A program made the translations under genes and the position numbers. Below, one piece after another: positions 38,845 to 48,840 of a stretch of DNA of 64,000 bases (position 1 is the first letter of the stretch; every line of letters starts with the position of its first letter). The notes below the pieces were generated by a model. It was not told where the DNA came from, ran no database searches, and was given only the letters and a program-made list of their open reading frames with translations. The DNA is taken from the NCBI GenBank assembly GCA_965248265.1, contig CBDFJF010000001.1, positions 2,816,001 through 2,880,000 of the forward strand, in the 5' to 3' direction. The DNA is from Candidatus Latescibacterota bacterium (GTDB taxonomy: Bacteria > Latescibacterota > UBA2968 > UBA8231).

Positions 38845-39969
38845 ATGAAGACGTACCGCGCCGCCGTAATCGGCCTCGGGCGTATGGGCAGCACCTTCGA
38901 TGACGAGATGGATCGAGGTTCGTCAATCTATCTGCCTTACTGCCACACCCCTGCTTACGTCGCCTCCCCCAATGTCGAGCTGGTCGCCGGCGCCGACCCG
39001 CACGAAGGGCAGAGGTCCGTGTACGCCGAACGCTGGGGCCTGCCCGCGGAGCGCGTCTATGATGATTACCGGACCATGCTGGAGTCCGAAGATCTCGACC
39101 TCGTCAGCGTCTGCACCAATGCGCGCCATCGCCCCGAAATTGTCGAGCAGGTGGCCAAGTCCGGTGTGCGGGCAATATGGGCCGAGAAACCGATGGCCTT
39201 TACGCTGGCCGAGGCAGATCGCATGGTGAAGATCTGCGCGGACAACTCGGTTGCCCTGGCCGTCAACTGCGCCCGCCGTTACAACCCGCACTTGACCCAA
39301 GCCAGTCGGATGATTCAGGGCGGTGAGTTGGGCGAGATCTACCAGATCACGGCCTTGTTCAACTGTTTCCTGTCCCACAACGGCAGCCACGGCATCGATG
39401 CCATGCGTTACCTGGTCGGTGGTGACGTCGAATGGGTGTTTGGCGAGATGGAATCGGATGATGCCGCAGCCCGTGAAGAGGATCTGGCCGGCAATGGTTA
39501 TTTCGCCTTCGACAATGGAGTGCGCGGGTACTTGCGCTCCACGACCGTCGGCCCCACAGGTGGGGAGTTTGACGTCATTGGCTCACAAGGCCGTTTTCGC
39601 TCACTGGTCGACTGCCAGGTGTTTGAGCTCTACAAGGCCGTGCCCGGCGGGCGTCGCGACTCATTGCAGATGGCGCAGGTGCCGTTTCCACTACCACTGA
39701 ATATTCCCGGCTCTGGCCTGACCATCGTAGCTGATCTGATCGAAGCAGCTGAAGCGGGTCGTCCGCCTCGGTGCTCTGGAGAAGACGGAGGCAAGGCGCT
39801 GGAGATCGCCATAGCTATGCGCGAATCACACCGGCGCGGTGGCGTGCGTGTCGATCTGCCGCTGGCCGACCGCTCACTGCGCATCATCTCGGCCGAAGCC
39901 CGGGGTGATGGGACGCCGGCACGCGTGCTTCGCGAGCGTGCAGCCGCGAAATCAGGGGCGTCCCAATGA
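38845..39969 (+). CDS. Gfo/Idh/MocA family oxidoreductase
   Basis: IGLGRMG, WAEKPMA, VNCARR, HNGSHGID; RBS AAGGAG. Confidence 0.9.
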   Translation: MKTYRAAVIGLGRMGSTFDDEMDRGSSIYLPYCHTPAYVASPNVELVAGADPHEGQRSVYAERWGLPAERVYDDYRTMLESEDLDLVSVCTNARHRPEIVEQVAKSGVRAIWAEKPMAFTLAEADRMVKICADNSVALAVNCARRYNPHLTQASRMIQGGELGEIYQITALFNCFLSHNGSHGIDAMRYLVGGDVEWVFGEMESDDAAAREEDLAGNGYFAFDNGVRGYLRSTTVGPTGGEFDVIGSQGRFRSLVDCQVFELYKAVPGGRRDSLQMAQVPFPLPLNIPGSGLTIVADLIEAAEAGRPPRCSGEDGGKALEIAIAMRESHRRGGVRVDLPLADRSLRIISAEARGDGTPARVLRERAAAKSGASQ

Positions 39970-41306
39970 GTCTGCACCAACGCCTCACTGCTCTGGCTGA
40001 GGCCGGCGAGCCAGTACGGGTCGGGCTGATCGGTGCCGGCAAGTTCGGCAGTATGTTCCTCAACCAGGTGAGATTGACTACCGGCGTTCACCTCGTCGGT
40101 ATTGCTGACCTCGATGTGGAGCGGGCGCGCCAGCGTTGCCTCGATATCGGATGGCCGGACGAACAATTGGCGGCCAGCAGTAGCGACGATGCCCTGCGCT
40201 CGGGGTCGACCTGGTTGACCGACAGCGCGGAAGGCTTGGTCAGCTCGGGCGCCCTGCAGATCCTGATCGAGGCCACCGGTGACCCGGCAAATGGCATCCG
40301 TCATTGTCGCCTGGCACGACAGCACGGCGTTCACATCATCATGGTCAACGTCGAGGGCGACGCCCTCGCCGGACCACTGCTGGCGCGCGAGGCGCAGGCC
40401 GCCGGCCTCGTGTACAGCCTGGCCTGGGGGGATCAACCTGCGCTGATCTGCGAACACGTCGATTGGGCCCGCACCTGCGGCTTCGAAGTAGTTTGCGCCG
40501 GCAAGGGCACTCGATACCTGCCGCGCTTCCATGAATCGACTCCCGAAACCGTGTGGGAGGCATTCGGTATCTCAGCCGAGGACGCCGAGCGTGGCGGCAT
40601 GAACCCGCAAATGTTCAACAGCTTCATCGATGGCACCAAGTCGGCGATCGAGATGACGGCGGTCTGCAACGCCACCGGGCTGCTTCCTCAGGACGAAGGA
40701 TTGCGCTTTCCTCCGGCCTCGTGTTGGGACCTGGCCAACATCTGCAGGCCCAGGTCGGCCGGTGGTCTGTTGTCCCGGACCGGCACCACGGAGGTCGTCT
40801 CTTCCCTGCACCGCGACCAGAGCCCGGTCGAGAACGACCTTCAGTTCGGCACGTATGTCGTCATCGAAGGGGAAACAGAGTACGCACGGCGCTGTTTCAG
40901 AGAATATCGGATGCTCCCGGACGATACCGGACAGTACGCCGCCCTTTTCCGCCCCACCCATATGATCGGCCTCGAACTCGGGCTGTCTGTTGCTTCGATC
41001 GCCCTGCGCGACGAACCGACCGGGGCTCCCACGGGCTTTCGCAGCGATGTGGCCGCGGTCGCCAAGAAATCTCTGAAGGCCGGAGAGACTCTGGACGGCG
41101 AAGGGGGCTATTCGGTCTGGGGAAAACAACTGGCGGCCCGGCGCTCGGTCAGCGAAGGTGCACTACCGATCGGGCTGGCTCATGGGTTATCGCTGGTCAG
41201 TGATGTCGCCCAGGGCGAGACGTTGCGTTGGGATGACGTCGAGATTGACGAGGGATCGGACGTTGTCGGTGCCCGACGGGAAATGGAGTCGGTTTGCCTT
41301 TCATAG
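39966..41306 (+). CDS. Homoserine-dehydrogenase-like NAD(P)-dependent oxidoreductase with C-terminal SAF domain
   Basis: GLIGAGKFG, MVNVEGD, AWGDQPALI, GKGT, MFNSFIDGTKSAIEM, LDGEGGY.VWG, LPIGLAH. Confidence 0.88.
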   Translation: MSLHQRLTALAEAGEPVRVGLIGAGKFGSMFLNQVRLTTGVHLVGIADLDVERARQRCLDIGWPDEQLAASSSDDALRSGSTWLTDSAEGLVSSGALQILIEATGDPANGIRHCRLARQHGVHIIMVNVEGDALAGPLLAREAQAAGLVYSLAWGDQPALICEHVDWARTCGFEVVCAGKGTRYLPRFHESTPETVWEAFGISAEDAERGGMNPQMFNSFIDGTKSAIEMTAVCNATGLLPQDEGLRFPPASCWDLANICRPRSAGGLLSRTGTTEVVSSLHRDQSPVENDLQFGTYVVIEGETEYARRCFREYRMLPDDTGQYAALFRPTHMIGLELGLSVASIALRDEPTGAPTGFRSDVAAVAKKSLKAGETLDGEGGYSVWGKQLAARRSVSEGALPIGLAHGLSLVSDVAQGETLRWDDVEIDEGSDVVGARREMESVCLS

Positions 41307-41349
41307 CGATATGCTGTCGTAACAGTCGGTGTTTTATGAGAGTGTGGTC

Positions 41350-41814
41350 ATGAAAGGCGAGAAGCGGGTTTTGAAACAATTGGTCAAGACCCTGGACCAA
41401 CTCCACGCCACGTCGAGTACGTTCAAGGAGATTGAGGAGGCTGCTGCCCGCGAGGCCGGCGGACAATCGATGGCCCGCTGGCAGGTACTCAACGCTTCAT
41501 CTAGCGGCAAGTGGACAGTACCCGACATCGCCCGCCGGCTCGGTCTGACCCGTCAGTCTGTGCAGCGTGTTGCTCACGCCCTGGTCGAGGACAACCTGGC
41601 GAGCTTCACGCCGAACCCGGAACGGCGCAACTCTCCCCACCTCCAGCTCACCCTGCAGGGTAGCCAGACCTGGGCGTCGATTGCCCACTCGCTGGAGCGG
41701 CGTCTGGTGAAGTCGTCCGCCGGAGTCGACCGCAAGCAGTTGAAATCAGCACGGCAAGACTTGCGCACCTTGCAGACGGCGGCACAGGGCGCAATGGCGC
41801 GTCCTGGTACCTGA
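41350..41814 (+). CDS. MarR family regulator
   Basis: ARWQVL...TVPDIARRLGLTRQSVQRV...NP.RRNS..L.LT..G. Confidence 0.8.
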   Translation: MKGEKRVLKQLVKTLDQLHATSSTFKEIEEAAAREAGGQSMARWQVLNASSSGKWTVPDIARRLGLTRQSVQRVAHALVEDNLASFTPNPERRNSPHLQLTLQGSQTWASIAHSLERRLVKSSAGVDRKQLKSARQDLRTLQTAAQGAMARPGT

Positions 41815-41830
41815 ACGGTGCGGGAGCTAC

Positions 41831-42199
41831 TTACTCACCCATCTCGGCGACGAAACCGGCCTCGACCAACATGCCCGCTTGTAGATCGACACCGTAGCAG
41901 CGGCGATTCACGGGATGGTCGCCCAGGTACTCTGCCCAGACTTTGTTGACTTCGCCGACATCGCGATTGACGTCCTGCAGGTAAATGCGCGCCGAACACA
42001 GGTTCTTCTTCGTCAACCCGGCTTCTGCCAGAATCTCGTCCAGCTGACGGAATATCTCGGTCAGCTCTGCGCCAGGGCCTCCCGCTACCGGCGTCGTTTC
42101 GCCCGGAGGTTGGCCAGTCAGAACAGTTTCGAGCACCTTGCCGCTGTGAATGACGGCGGAGCTGAAGGGGAAATCAGATTTACTGCGGATGAATTGCAT
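41831..42199 (-). CDS. RidA/YjgF family protein
   Basis: FPFSSAV, LTGQ, IYLQD, N.VW..Y....P.RR, LVE. Confidence 0.82.
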   Translation of the reverse strand: MQFIRSKSDFPFSSAVIHSGKVLETVLTGQPPGETTPVAGGPGAELTEIFRQLDEILAEAGLTKKNLCSARIYLQDVNRDVGEVNKVWAEYLGDHPVNRRCYGVDLQAGMLVEAGFVAEMGE

Positions 42200-42268
42200 T
42201 TGTCGCGTTCTCCTATGTGAGTAAGTGTCTGGAATTCCCGAGCGAAATCTGGGTACTCGCCTTCTTCA

Positions 42269-43039
42269 TCACCATGCTGTCCATCCTCCATCGACTAGCA
42301 TGGTGTGTCCGGTGATGAGCTCGGCAGCGTCGCTGGCCAGGAACACGGCAGCGCCGACAATGTCCTCGGGCTGACCGGCTCGGCCCCACGGTATGCGACT
42401 CACCAGTTCTTCACTTTTCTGTGGGTCATCGAAGTAGGGCTGGGTAAGTGGGGTAACGACGAAGGTGGGACCTATGGCGTTGACGTTGATCTTGAAGGGA
42501 GCCCATTCGATCGCCAGCACCCTTGTCAGGTTGACGACGGCCGCCTTACTCGAACAGTAGGCGGCCCGTTGGTAATAGCCGACGACTCCCATGATGCTGG
42601 CCATGTTGATGATCTTGCCACCACCGGCGTCCCGCATGTGGCGGCCTACCTGCTGAGAGAGAAAGAAAAGCCCCTTCAGGTTCACTCCCAGAACCAGGTC
42701 CCAGTCGTCTTCGGTGACATCGAAAGCGTCCTTGGGTCGGTTGACCCCGGCGTTGTTGACGAGAATGTCGATCCTCCCCATCGCCGCCATCGCTTCACGG
42801 ACGTGCTCCTCGATGCTGGACGCATCCGGTAGATGCAATGGCAGCGGTTCGGCTCGCCGCCCATGACCCCGTATGCTTTCGCAGACCGGGTCGAGGTCGA
42901 CCATGCGCTCGGGTTGCTCAGCTACGATGCAGTCAGCGCCAGCCTCGGCGTATGCGGTGGCCACAGCGCTGCCAATGCCACCGGCGGCTCCTGTCACCAG
43001 GGCGACTTTCCCATCCAAACGCATGCTCGGGAGGGTCAT
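42269..43039 (-). CDS. SDR family oxidoreductase
   Basis: TGAAGGIG, NNAG, YCSSK, VDGGW. Start at ATG 43039 inferred. Confidence 0.9.
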   Translation of the reverse strand: MTLPSMRLDGKVALVTGAAGGIGSAVATAYAEAGADCIVAEQPERMVDLDPVCESIRGHGRRAEPLPLHLPDASSIEEHVREAMAAMGRIDILVNNAGVNRPKDAFDVTEDDWDLVLGVNLKGLFFLSQQVGRHMRDAGGGKIINMASIMGVVGYYQRAAYCSSKAAVVNLTRVLAIEWAPFKINVNAIGPTFVVTPLTQPYFDDPQKSEELVSRIPWGRAGQPEDIVGAAVFLASDAAELITGHTMLVDGGWTAW

Positions 43040-43101
43040 CAGAGAGAATCTCCGTTTCGGGTTCAACCCAATAACATATGGGAAGTGGACGGACCTGCCT
43101 G

Positions 43102-43581
43102 TCACAGCCTCATCGCATAGTGGTACTGCGTGGCTACGAGCTCGAAGCCGAGTTTGGGGTAGAAGTGCTTGCCGACTTCGTTCTGCTCCAGGGTTTCGAT
43201 GCGGACGCACTCCATACCGGAGCTTCTGAAGTAGTCGAGGGCGGCTTCGACCAGTCGCTTGCCGATCCCTCGCTGTTGAAACGAAGGCAGCACGGCGTAG
43301 TTGGGGATTCCGCCCATCTTCGCTTCGACGTCGACTCTGGTCGTGATGTAGCCGACCGTTTCGCTGCCGGCGCAGGCCACGAAGATCCCATCGGCATTGG
43401 CCGCAACATCAGCGTCGATGTGTCGGGTCTTTCGCCATTGCCAGTCCCTGGCGGCGACCTGACCGAAGCGCTGCTCGATGTTCTGGTCGATGGAGACCCC
43501 GTCGAAGCAGACTGCCGTTATAGTCTTAAGGATCTTCAGATCCGATTCCCGGTACTTCCTGATCTCGATTGGTTGATTCAT
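43102..43581 (-). CDS. GNAT family acetyltransferase
   Basis: AVLPSFQQRGIGKRL, N.VG.HFYPKLGF. Confidence 0.88.
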   Translation of the reverse strand: MNQPIEIRKYRESDLKILKTITAVCFDGVSIDQNIEQRFGQVAARDWQWRKTRHIDADVAANADGIFVACAGSETVGYITTRVDVEAKMGGIPNYAVLPSFQQRGIGKRLVEAALDYFRSSGMECVRIETLEQNEVGKHFYPKLGFELVATQYHYAMRL

Positions 43582-43684
43582 CTGGATTCGCTGTCGTAAT
43601 TGTCCTGTGATATAGAACGCGTTGAAAACACTCGTAGTCGGCGTTGCGACAAAACGCTGGCCAGTATAAAAAGGGGGGCCTGTG

Positions 43685-44542
43685 ATGCACAAGACATGGC
43701 GGTGGACAGCTTCCGGGGCGGATTTCGTCCTTCCACACGAGGAGATTCAGAAGATCTGCCTCCATGCGGGCATGGCCGGCATCGAGGGCATGCCCCCATT
43801 ATTTCCGAGCCAGGAAGCCAGCACACTGGAGGAAATCGCCGGCAGTTACCGGGCCGCTGGACTGGAGTTCGACAGCTTCCACCTGCCTCTTGGGGCTGAA
43901 AACGATATATCCTCCTTCTATGAGACCCACCGGCAGGATGCCGTGGCGGTCTCCCTGCACTGGATGGAGTGTGCGGCGGCGCTGGGATGCCGGGTCGTCA
44001 TCCAGCACCCGACGACGGACCGCTGCAACGCCGAAGTGGAAGGTGTTGACCGCTATGTCACCCAGTTGGGGAGGAGCCTGGAAACCCTGCTACCTGCGGC
44101 TGCCGGCCTCAACCTGACCGTCGCCCTGGAGAACCTGCCTCCGGGAGCTCGTGGTGGCCGCTTCAGCGCTAGACCGGAGCATTTTGAACGGATGATCGCC
44201 GAGTTTGCCGACCCGAATCTGGGTTTTTGCCTCGATACCGGCCATGCTCTCATGGCCGGAGGACCTGAACGGGCCCACGATTTTCTCAATATCATGGCAC
44301 CGCACATGGCCGCCTTTCACCTGGCGGACAATGCCGGTGACCGGGATTCCCACCTGGCTCCCGGCCACGGATCGGTGGATTGGGGGCCCATATTTCGCAA
44401 GGCAGCCGAGATCGAGCACAGCTACACCATGTGCATAGAAACCCCGCCTTTTGCCCCGGGTAACCATCCCTCGTACAGCCTCGATGCCTGGAAACACATG
44501 ATCGCGGATACCGAGGCGTTGGTGGATTCTGCTTTGAGCTGA
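43685..44542 (+). CDS. Sugar phosphate isomerase/epimerase (TIM barrel)
   Basis: SFHLP, ALENLPP, CLDTGH, FHLADN.G.RDSHLAPG.G.VDW, IETPP. Confidence 0.88.
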   Translation: MHKTWRWTASGADFVLPHEEIQKICLHAGMAGIEGMPPLFPSQEASTLEEIAGSYRAAGLEFDSFHLPLGAENDISSFYETHRQDAVAVSLHWMECAAALGCRVVIQHPTTDRCNAEVEGVDRYVTQLGRSLETLLPAAAGLNLTVALENLPPGARGGRFSARPEHFERMIAEFADPNLGFCLDTGHALMAGGPERAHDFLNIMAPHMAAFHLADNAGDRDSHLAPGHGSVDWGPIFRKAAEIEHSYTMCIETPPFAPGNHPSYSLDAWKHMIADTEALVDSALS

Positions 44543-44564
44543 ACCCTCTTCATCCGGACAGGGC

Positions 44565-44593
44565 TTGCGCAACTTACACAGACACCATATGTT
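44565..44593 (+). promoter_or_regulatory. Possible sigma70 promoter with a long U-rich leader before the DEAD-box helicase
   Basis: TTGCGC-N17-TATGTT about 135 nt upstream of ATG 44729. Confidence 0.4.
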
Positions 44594-44728
44594 ACGTGTA
44601 GTTGAACAATCCTACCTTTTCATTTCTCCGCGATTTTCTGCGTCCCTTTTCGGCATTTCGGACTGTCTTGATGGCTTTACCGGGTGCAAGTCGCTGTAAT
44701 AATCTCGGGTCACCAAGACAGGAGTACC

Positions 44729-45988
44729 ATGCAGTTTAAGGATCTGTATTTGAACGAATCCCTTCTTCGCGCTCTATCAGAAGAGGGGTACGAGAATCCC
44801 ACCCCCATTCAGGAAGCTGCCATTCCGGTGGCTCTGGCAGGAGAGGACCTCCTGGCCACTGCTCAGACCGGAACGGGTAAAACCGCGGCGTTTTCTTTGC
44901 CCATTCTGCAGAATCTTGAGGCGCCGAAAGCGAAGGGTCTAAGACCGATCCGCACTCTGGTATTGGCGCCGACGCGAGAACTGGCGTTGCAAATCGATGC
45001 CAGTTTCCGCACCTACGGCCGCCACATGCCGTTCCGCACGGCCGTGATCCTGGGGGGCGTATCGGCGGTCCCGCAGATCAGCGCCCTGCGCAAGGGCGCC
45101 GACATCGTCGTGGCGACCCCCGGTCGCCTCATCGACCTGTATCGCCAGGGTCACGTGCGCTTGGACCGTGTGGAAACCCTCGTCCTCGACGAGGCCGATC
45201 GCATGCTGGACATGGGCTTCGCCCCGGACGTGCGCAAGATCGTCGCCAAGCTGCCGCGCAAACGGCAGACGATGATGTTTTCCGCCACGCTGTCGGCTGA
45301 GATCGCCGAGTTGTCCTCAGATATGTTGCGGGATCCTTCGATGGTGGCGGTGACGCCTGCCGCGTCCGTGTCCACGAACATCACGCAGCAGGTCATGTTC
45401 GTGGAGCAGATGGACAAACGCCGGCTGCTGTCGGAAATCCTGACAGAAAAGAGTACCCAGAGAGCCCTCGTCTTCACCCGGACCAAACACCGGGCGAATA
45501 GAGTTGTGCGCCAGCTGTTGGGTGAAGGCATTAAAGCCGATGCCATCCACTCCAATAAGAGCCAGGCTGCCAGGCAACGAGCCTTGAGTGCCTTTCATGG
45601 CGGCCGTATCAAGGTCCTAGTCGCCACCGATATCGCGGCCAGAGGCATTGACGTCGAGGGCATCTCTCATGTGATCAACTACGAGATGCCGAACGACCCT
45701 GAGAGCTATGTCCATCGCATCGGCCGCACCGCTCGTGCGGGGACGGCCGGGATGGCCCTGTCGTTCTGTAATGCAGATGAGATTCCACTGCTGGGCGGCA
45801 TCGAGAAACTGACGCGGAGCCCGTTGGTCGCCGTCGATGACCATCCGTTCCACTCCGACGCCATCGCCTCCCTGCACGACCGGCGCACGCCAGTACAAAG
45901 CGGTGTTACACCGGTCAAACCAAACCCTCCTCGTTTCGGACGCAAACGAGTTGTCGAGAGCCCTTCCACCCGCCGAGGGCGGCGCTGA
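44729..45988 (+). CDS. rhlE: DEAD-box RNA helicase (RhlE-like)
   Basis: PTPIQ, AQTGTGKT, PTRELA, TPGR, DEAD, SAT, ARGID, HRIGRTARAG; RBS AGGAG. Confidence 0.93.
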   Translation: MQFKDLYLNESLLRALSEEGYENPTPIQEAAIPVALAGEDLLATAQTGTGKTAAFSLPILQNLEAPKAKGLRPIRTLVLAPTRELALQIDASFRTYGRHMPFRTAVILGGVSAVPQISALRKGADIVVATPGRLIDLYRQGHVRLDRVETLVLDEADRMLDMGFAPDVRKIVAKLPRKRQTMMFSATLSAEIAELSSDMLRDPSMVAVTPAASVSTNITQQVMFVEQMDKRRLLSEILTEKSTQRALVFTRTKHRANRVVRQLLGEGIKADAIHSNKSQAARQRALSAFHGGRIKVLVATDIAARGIDVEGISHVINYEMPNDPESYVHRIGRTARAGTAGMALSFCNADEIPLLGGIEKLTRSPLVAVDDHPFHSDAIASLHDRRTPVQSGVTPVKPNPPRFGRKRVVESPSTRRGRR

Positions 45989-46011
45989 TCTGAAGTCACC
46001 CGGAGACCACT

Positions 46012-46266
46012 ATGATGAATTTTAGCAAAGCCTCTGCAAAGAAGAAGCTAAAGCCTGACAAGGTGCTCGCCGAGATTGTTGGCGCCGAACCCCGTCCTCG
46101 TTCGGAGATCCTCAAGGACTTCTGGCAGTATATCAAGACGCAGGGCCTTCAGGACTCCGATCGGCGTGTCGTCAATGCCGACAGGACCCTTCAGCCGGTA
46201 CTTGGAGGACAAAAACAGGTGAACATTTTCCTGGTAGCCGATCTGGTGACCAAGCACATGAAGTAG
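46012..46266 (+). CDS. Stand-alone SWIB/MDM2 domain protein
   Basis: LAEIVGAEP.PRSEI.K.FWQYIK..GLQD..RRVVNAD..L..V.GG..QVNIF. Confidence 0.88.
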   Translation: MMNFSKASAKKKLKPDKVLAEIVGAEPRPRSEILKDFWQYIKTQGLQDSDRRVVNADRTLQPVLGGQKQVNIFLVADLVTKHMK

Positions 46267-46293
46267 CGCCAGCAGGGCGCCCCTGCCCTGGCG
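46267..46293. terminator. GC-rich hairpin between convergent genes
   Basis: CGCCAG-CAGGG/CCCTG-cc-CTGGCG stem; no clear U-tract. Confidence 0.35.
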
Positions 46294-46313
46294 AGCACCT
46301 ACACAGAGCGCTG

Positions 46314-46973
46314 TCAGCCCTGAGCTGCCAGCGTTCCGCCACTCACATTCAAAGCACTGAGGATGTCCCCATGGACATCTTCCGGCGACTTCGACCCATC
46401 TACCTGCAGCACAAGTTCCTTGTTCATGAACAGTTCTAACACCGGTTCGGTCTTGTCGTGAAAGTCCTTTAGACGAGCCCGCACGGCAGCTTCCGTGTCG
46501 TCGCCCCGGATTGCCAGCTCTCCGTTGCAGACATCACACCTGTTTTCGACCTCCGGTCGATGGTGGATCAGGTTGTAGTCGAGGTTGCAGGCGAGGCACA
46601 GTCGCCGTGACATCACGCGGGTCAGCACCGTGTCGTCCGGCACCTCGATGTGGATGACTGCGTCCACGTCATAGCTCTCCAGGAAGAATTCCGCCTGGGG
46701 TCGATTGCGCGGAAAGCCATCCAGAATGAAGCCATAGTTCCAATCGTGTTCGGCGAGACGGCGTATGACGATTTCCTCGACGATCTCATCGGGCACAAGC
46801 GCACCCGAGTCGACGATGCGGCGTATTCGCGCGGCCAGCTTGGTGTGGGACTGAATGTTCCAGCGAAAAATGTCGCCGACGCTGATGTGGACGATGTCGA
46901 AATCCTGGGTGAGCAGCTTGGCCTGCGTCCCCTTGCCACAGCCCTGAACCCCCATGATGATGTATTTGTGCAT
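46314..46973 (-). CDS. adk: Adenylate kinase with Zn-finger LID
   Basis: GVQGCGKGTQA, HISVGDIFR, G.LVPDE, ILDGFPRN; LID CLAC...CDVC; RGDD. Confidence 0.9.
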   Translation of the reverse strand: MHKYIIMGVQGCGKGTQAKLLTQDFDIVHISVGDIFRWNIQSHTKLAARIRRIVDSGALVPDEIVEEIVIRRLAEHDWNYGFILDGFPRNRPQAEFFLESYDVDAVIHIEVPDDTVLTRVMSRRLCLACNLDYNLIHHRPEVENRCDVCNGELAIRGDDTEAAVRARLKDFHDKTEPVLELFMNKELVLQVDGSKSPEDVHGDILSALNVSGGTLAAQG

Positions 46974-47190
46974 GAGACTGCTCTCCTTTGGTCGTTCGCG
47001 GTGCCGGTCCTCTTCCAGACTGAAAGGTACTGCGCTGTGCGTGCGGCCACCACGCCAGCTCCCGTTGACGACGGTATCGAAGATTCGCTTCTTAGCGCCT
47101 GAGCACTTGGTCGGACAGCGTCTTCCAGCAGCGAGCGGGGACGCCGTGTGATCGAAGACGCTCACCCACCTTGAGAGGAGATCTTTCAAC

Positions 47191-47574
47191 ATGAGCATCC
47201 GTGGCACTGACTTCATCTACTACCAGACCAGCAACGTGGAAAAGGCCATCGAGTTCTACCGCGACACGTTGGGGATGGAATTGTATGGCTACTTCGAGGA
47301 TGTAAAATGGGCCGAGTTCAAAGCCGGCAACGCGACGTTTGCGATAAACGACCCCAGTGCTTTCGATCCCGAAGCCAAGGCCCAGTCTGGAGGGGGGTCG
47401 GTCGCCTTCGCGGTGGACAACCTGGAAGAGTATGTCAACCAGCTAGAGGCAAAAGGGGTGACGGTGACGATACCGACCAACGAGACCCCGGTATGCCACT
47501 TCGCCTGCATCAAAGACCCTGATGGCAACACCATCTGGCTGCACAACCGCAAGGACGGCACCTTCGGCGACTGA
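47191..47574 (+). CDS. VOC/glyoxalase family protein
   Basis: AIEFYRDTLGM, WAEF, VAFAVD, KDPDGN; RBS GAGGAG. Confidence 0.9.
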   Translation: MSIRGTDFIYYQTSNVEKAIEFYRDTLGMELYGYFEDVKWAEFKAGNATFAINDPSAFDPEAKAQSGGGSVAFAVDNLEEYVNQLEAKGVTVTIPTNETPVCHFACIKDPDGNTIWLHNRKDGTFGD

Positions 47575-47588
47575 GGCGGTGCGGAGAC

Positions 47589-47951
47589 TCAACCCCCGGC
47601 GCGCTTGACCGTGAAACCCCGATCTTGCAGCAACCGTACGACGGTGTCTCTGTGATCTCCCTGAATTTCGATGACACTCTGTTTGAGGGTGCCACCAGCG
47701 CCGCACTTCGCCTTGAGCTGTTTTGCCAGGTCGCTGAGTTCACCGTTACTGAGAGGGACGCCGGTTACTGTGGTGACGCCTTTGCCCTTGCGACCCTTGG
47801 TTTCGCGGCCAACGCGAACGATCCCGTCTTTGGCAGCCCCGCCCGATTGCTTGCGCCCACACGAGCATTGGTCTAGTGGTTTGCCGCAATCCGGACAGTG
47901 GCGGCCGTGATCGGAGGAGTAGACGAGGCTTGAGTTGTTTTTGGCCTTCAC
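47589..47951 (-). CDS. yciH: Translation initiation factor SUI1/YciH with N-terminal Cys cluster
   Basis: LVYSSD.G..CPDC.....C.C; RETKGRKGKGVT, LK.KCG.GGT.K...IEIQGDHR, K..GG. GTG start at 47951 inferred. Confidence 0.9.
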   Translation of the reverse strand: MKAKNNSSLVYSSDHGRHCPDCGKPLDQCSCGRKQSGGAAKDGIVRVGRETKGRKGKGVTTVTGVPLSNGELSDLAKQLKAKCGAGGTLKQSVIEIQGDHRDTVVRLLQDRGFTVKRAGG

Positions 47952-48078
47952 GGTACCACTCAGGACTCGATTGCGACCCGTGCCCAACGAAGATGGGGGT
48001 AGTAAGCGGGGTTTGTATTGATGAAAAGAGCGCCGCCATCGACGACACGCAGGGATGGCAAATTCGCTGACCCTTCGG

Positions 48079-48840
48079 TTACAGCAAGGCGACGGAGTAA
48101 CCACCGTCAACGGGGATCGCCGTACCGGTGATGAAGTCGGAACCGGGCCCGGACAGGAATACGGCCAACCCCTTGAAATCAGCAGGATCTCCCCAACGAT
48201 CGGCAGGGCATCGTGCCACGACCTTCTCGTGCAGCCCTTCAAACTGCTCGCGCGCCTGGCGTGTAAGTGGGGTGTCTATCCAGCCTGGAAGAAAGCAGTT
48301 GACCTGTATGTTGTCCTGCGCCCAGGCGGTCGCCAGGGATTTGGTGTATTGGACCATCCCTCCCTTGGAAGCGGAATAGGGAGCACCCCACGGCGCGCCG
48401 AATATGGATAGCATCGACCCGTTGTTGAGAATCTTGCCGCCGCCCGCTTCCACCATCGCCGGATAGCAGGCGTTACTACAGAGAAAGGCGCTGTCGAGGT
48501 TCGTGTTCATGACTGTGCGCCACTCCTCGAAGGTCAGCTCCTCCGGGCGCTTGCGAATGTTGGTGCCGGCGTTGTTGACGAGAATGTCGATTCGTCCGCA
48601 ACGCTGCACCACCGTTTCCGCCATGGCCTTGATGTTCTCACCGTCAGTCACGTCGCATATCACGGCGAACGCTTTGCCGCCTGCGGCTTCCATCTCGGCG
48701 GCGACTCGTTGCGATTTCTCCTCAGTGCGTGCGGCGATGGCGACGGTGGCGCCGGCTTCCGCCAGACCCTGTGCCACGCCCTGTCCGATGCCGCTGTTGC
48801 CGCCGGTGACAATGGCTACCCTACCAGTTAAATCAAACAT
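48079..48840 (-). CDS. SDR oxidoreductase (KduD/gluconate 5-dehydrogenase-like)
   Basis: TGGNSGIG, NNAG, YSASKGG, IPVDGGY. Confidence 0.9.
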   Translation of the reverse strand: MFDLTGRVAIVTGGNSGIGQGVAQGLAEAGATVAIAARTEEKSQRVAAEMEAAGGKAFAVICDVTDGENIKAMAETVVQRCGRIDILVNNAGTNIRKRPEELTFEEWRTVMNTNLDSAFLCSNACYPAMVEAGGGKILNNGSMLSIFGAPWGAPYSASKGGMVQYTKSLATAWAQDNIQVNCFLPGWIDTPLTRQAREQFEGLHEKVVARCPADRWGDPADFKGLAVFLSGPGSDFITGTAIPVDGGYSVALL

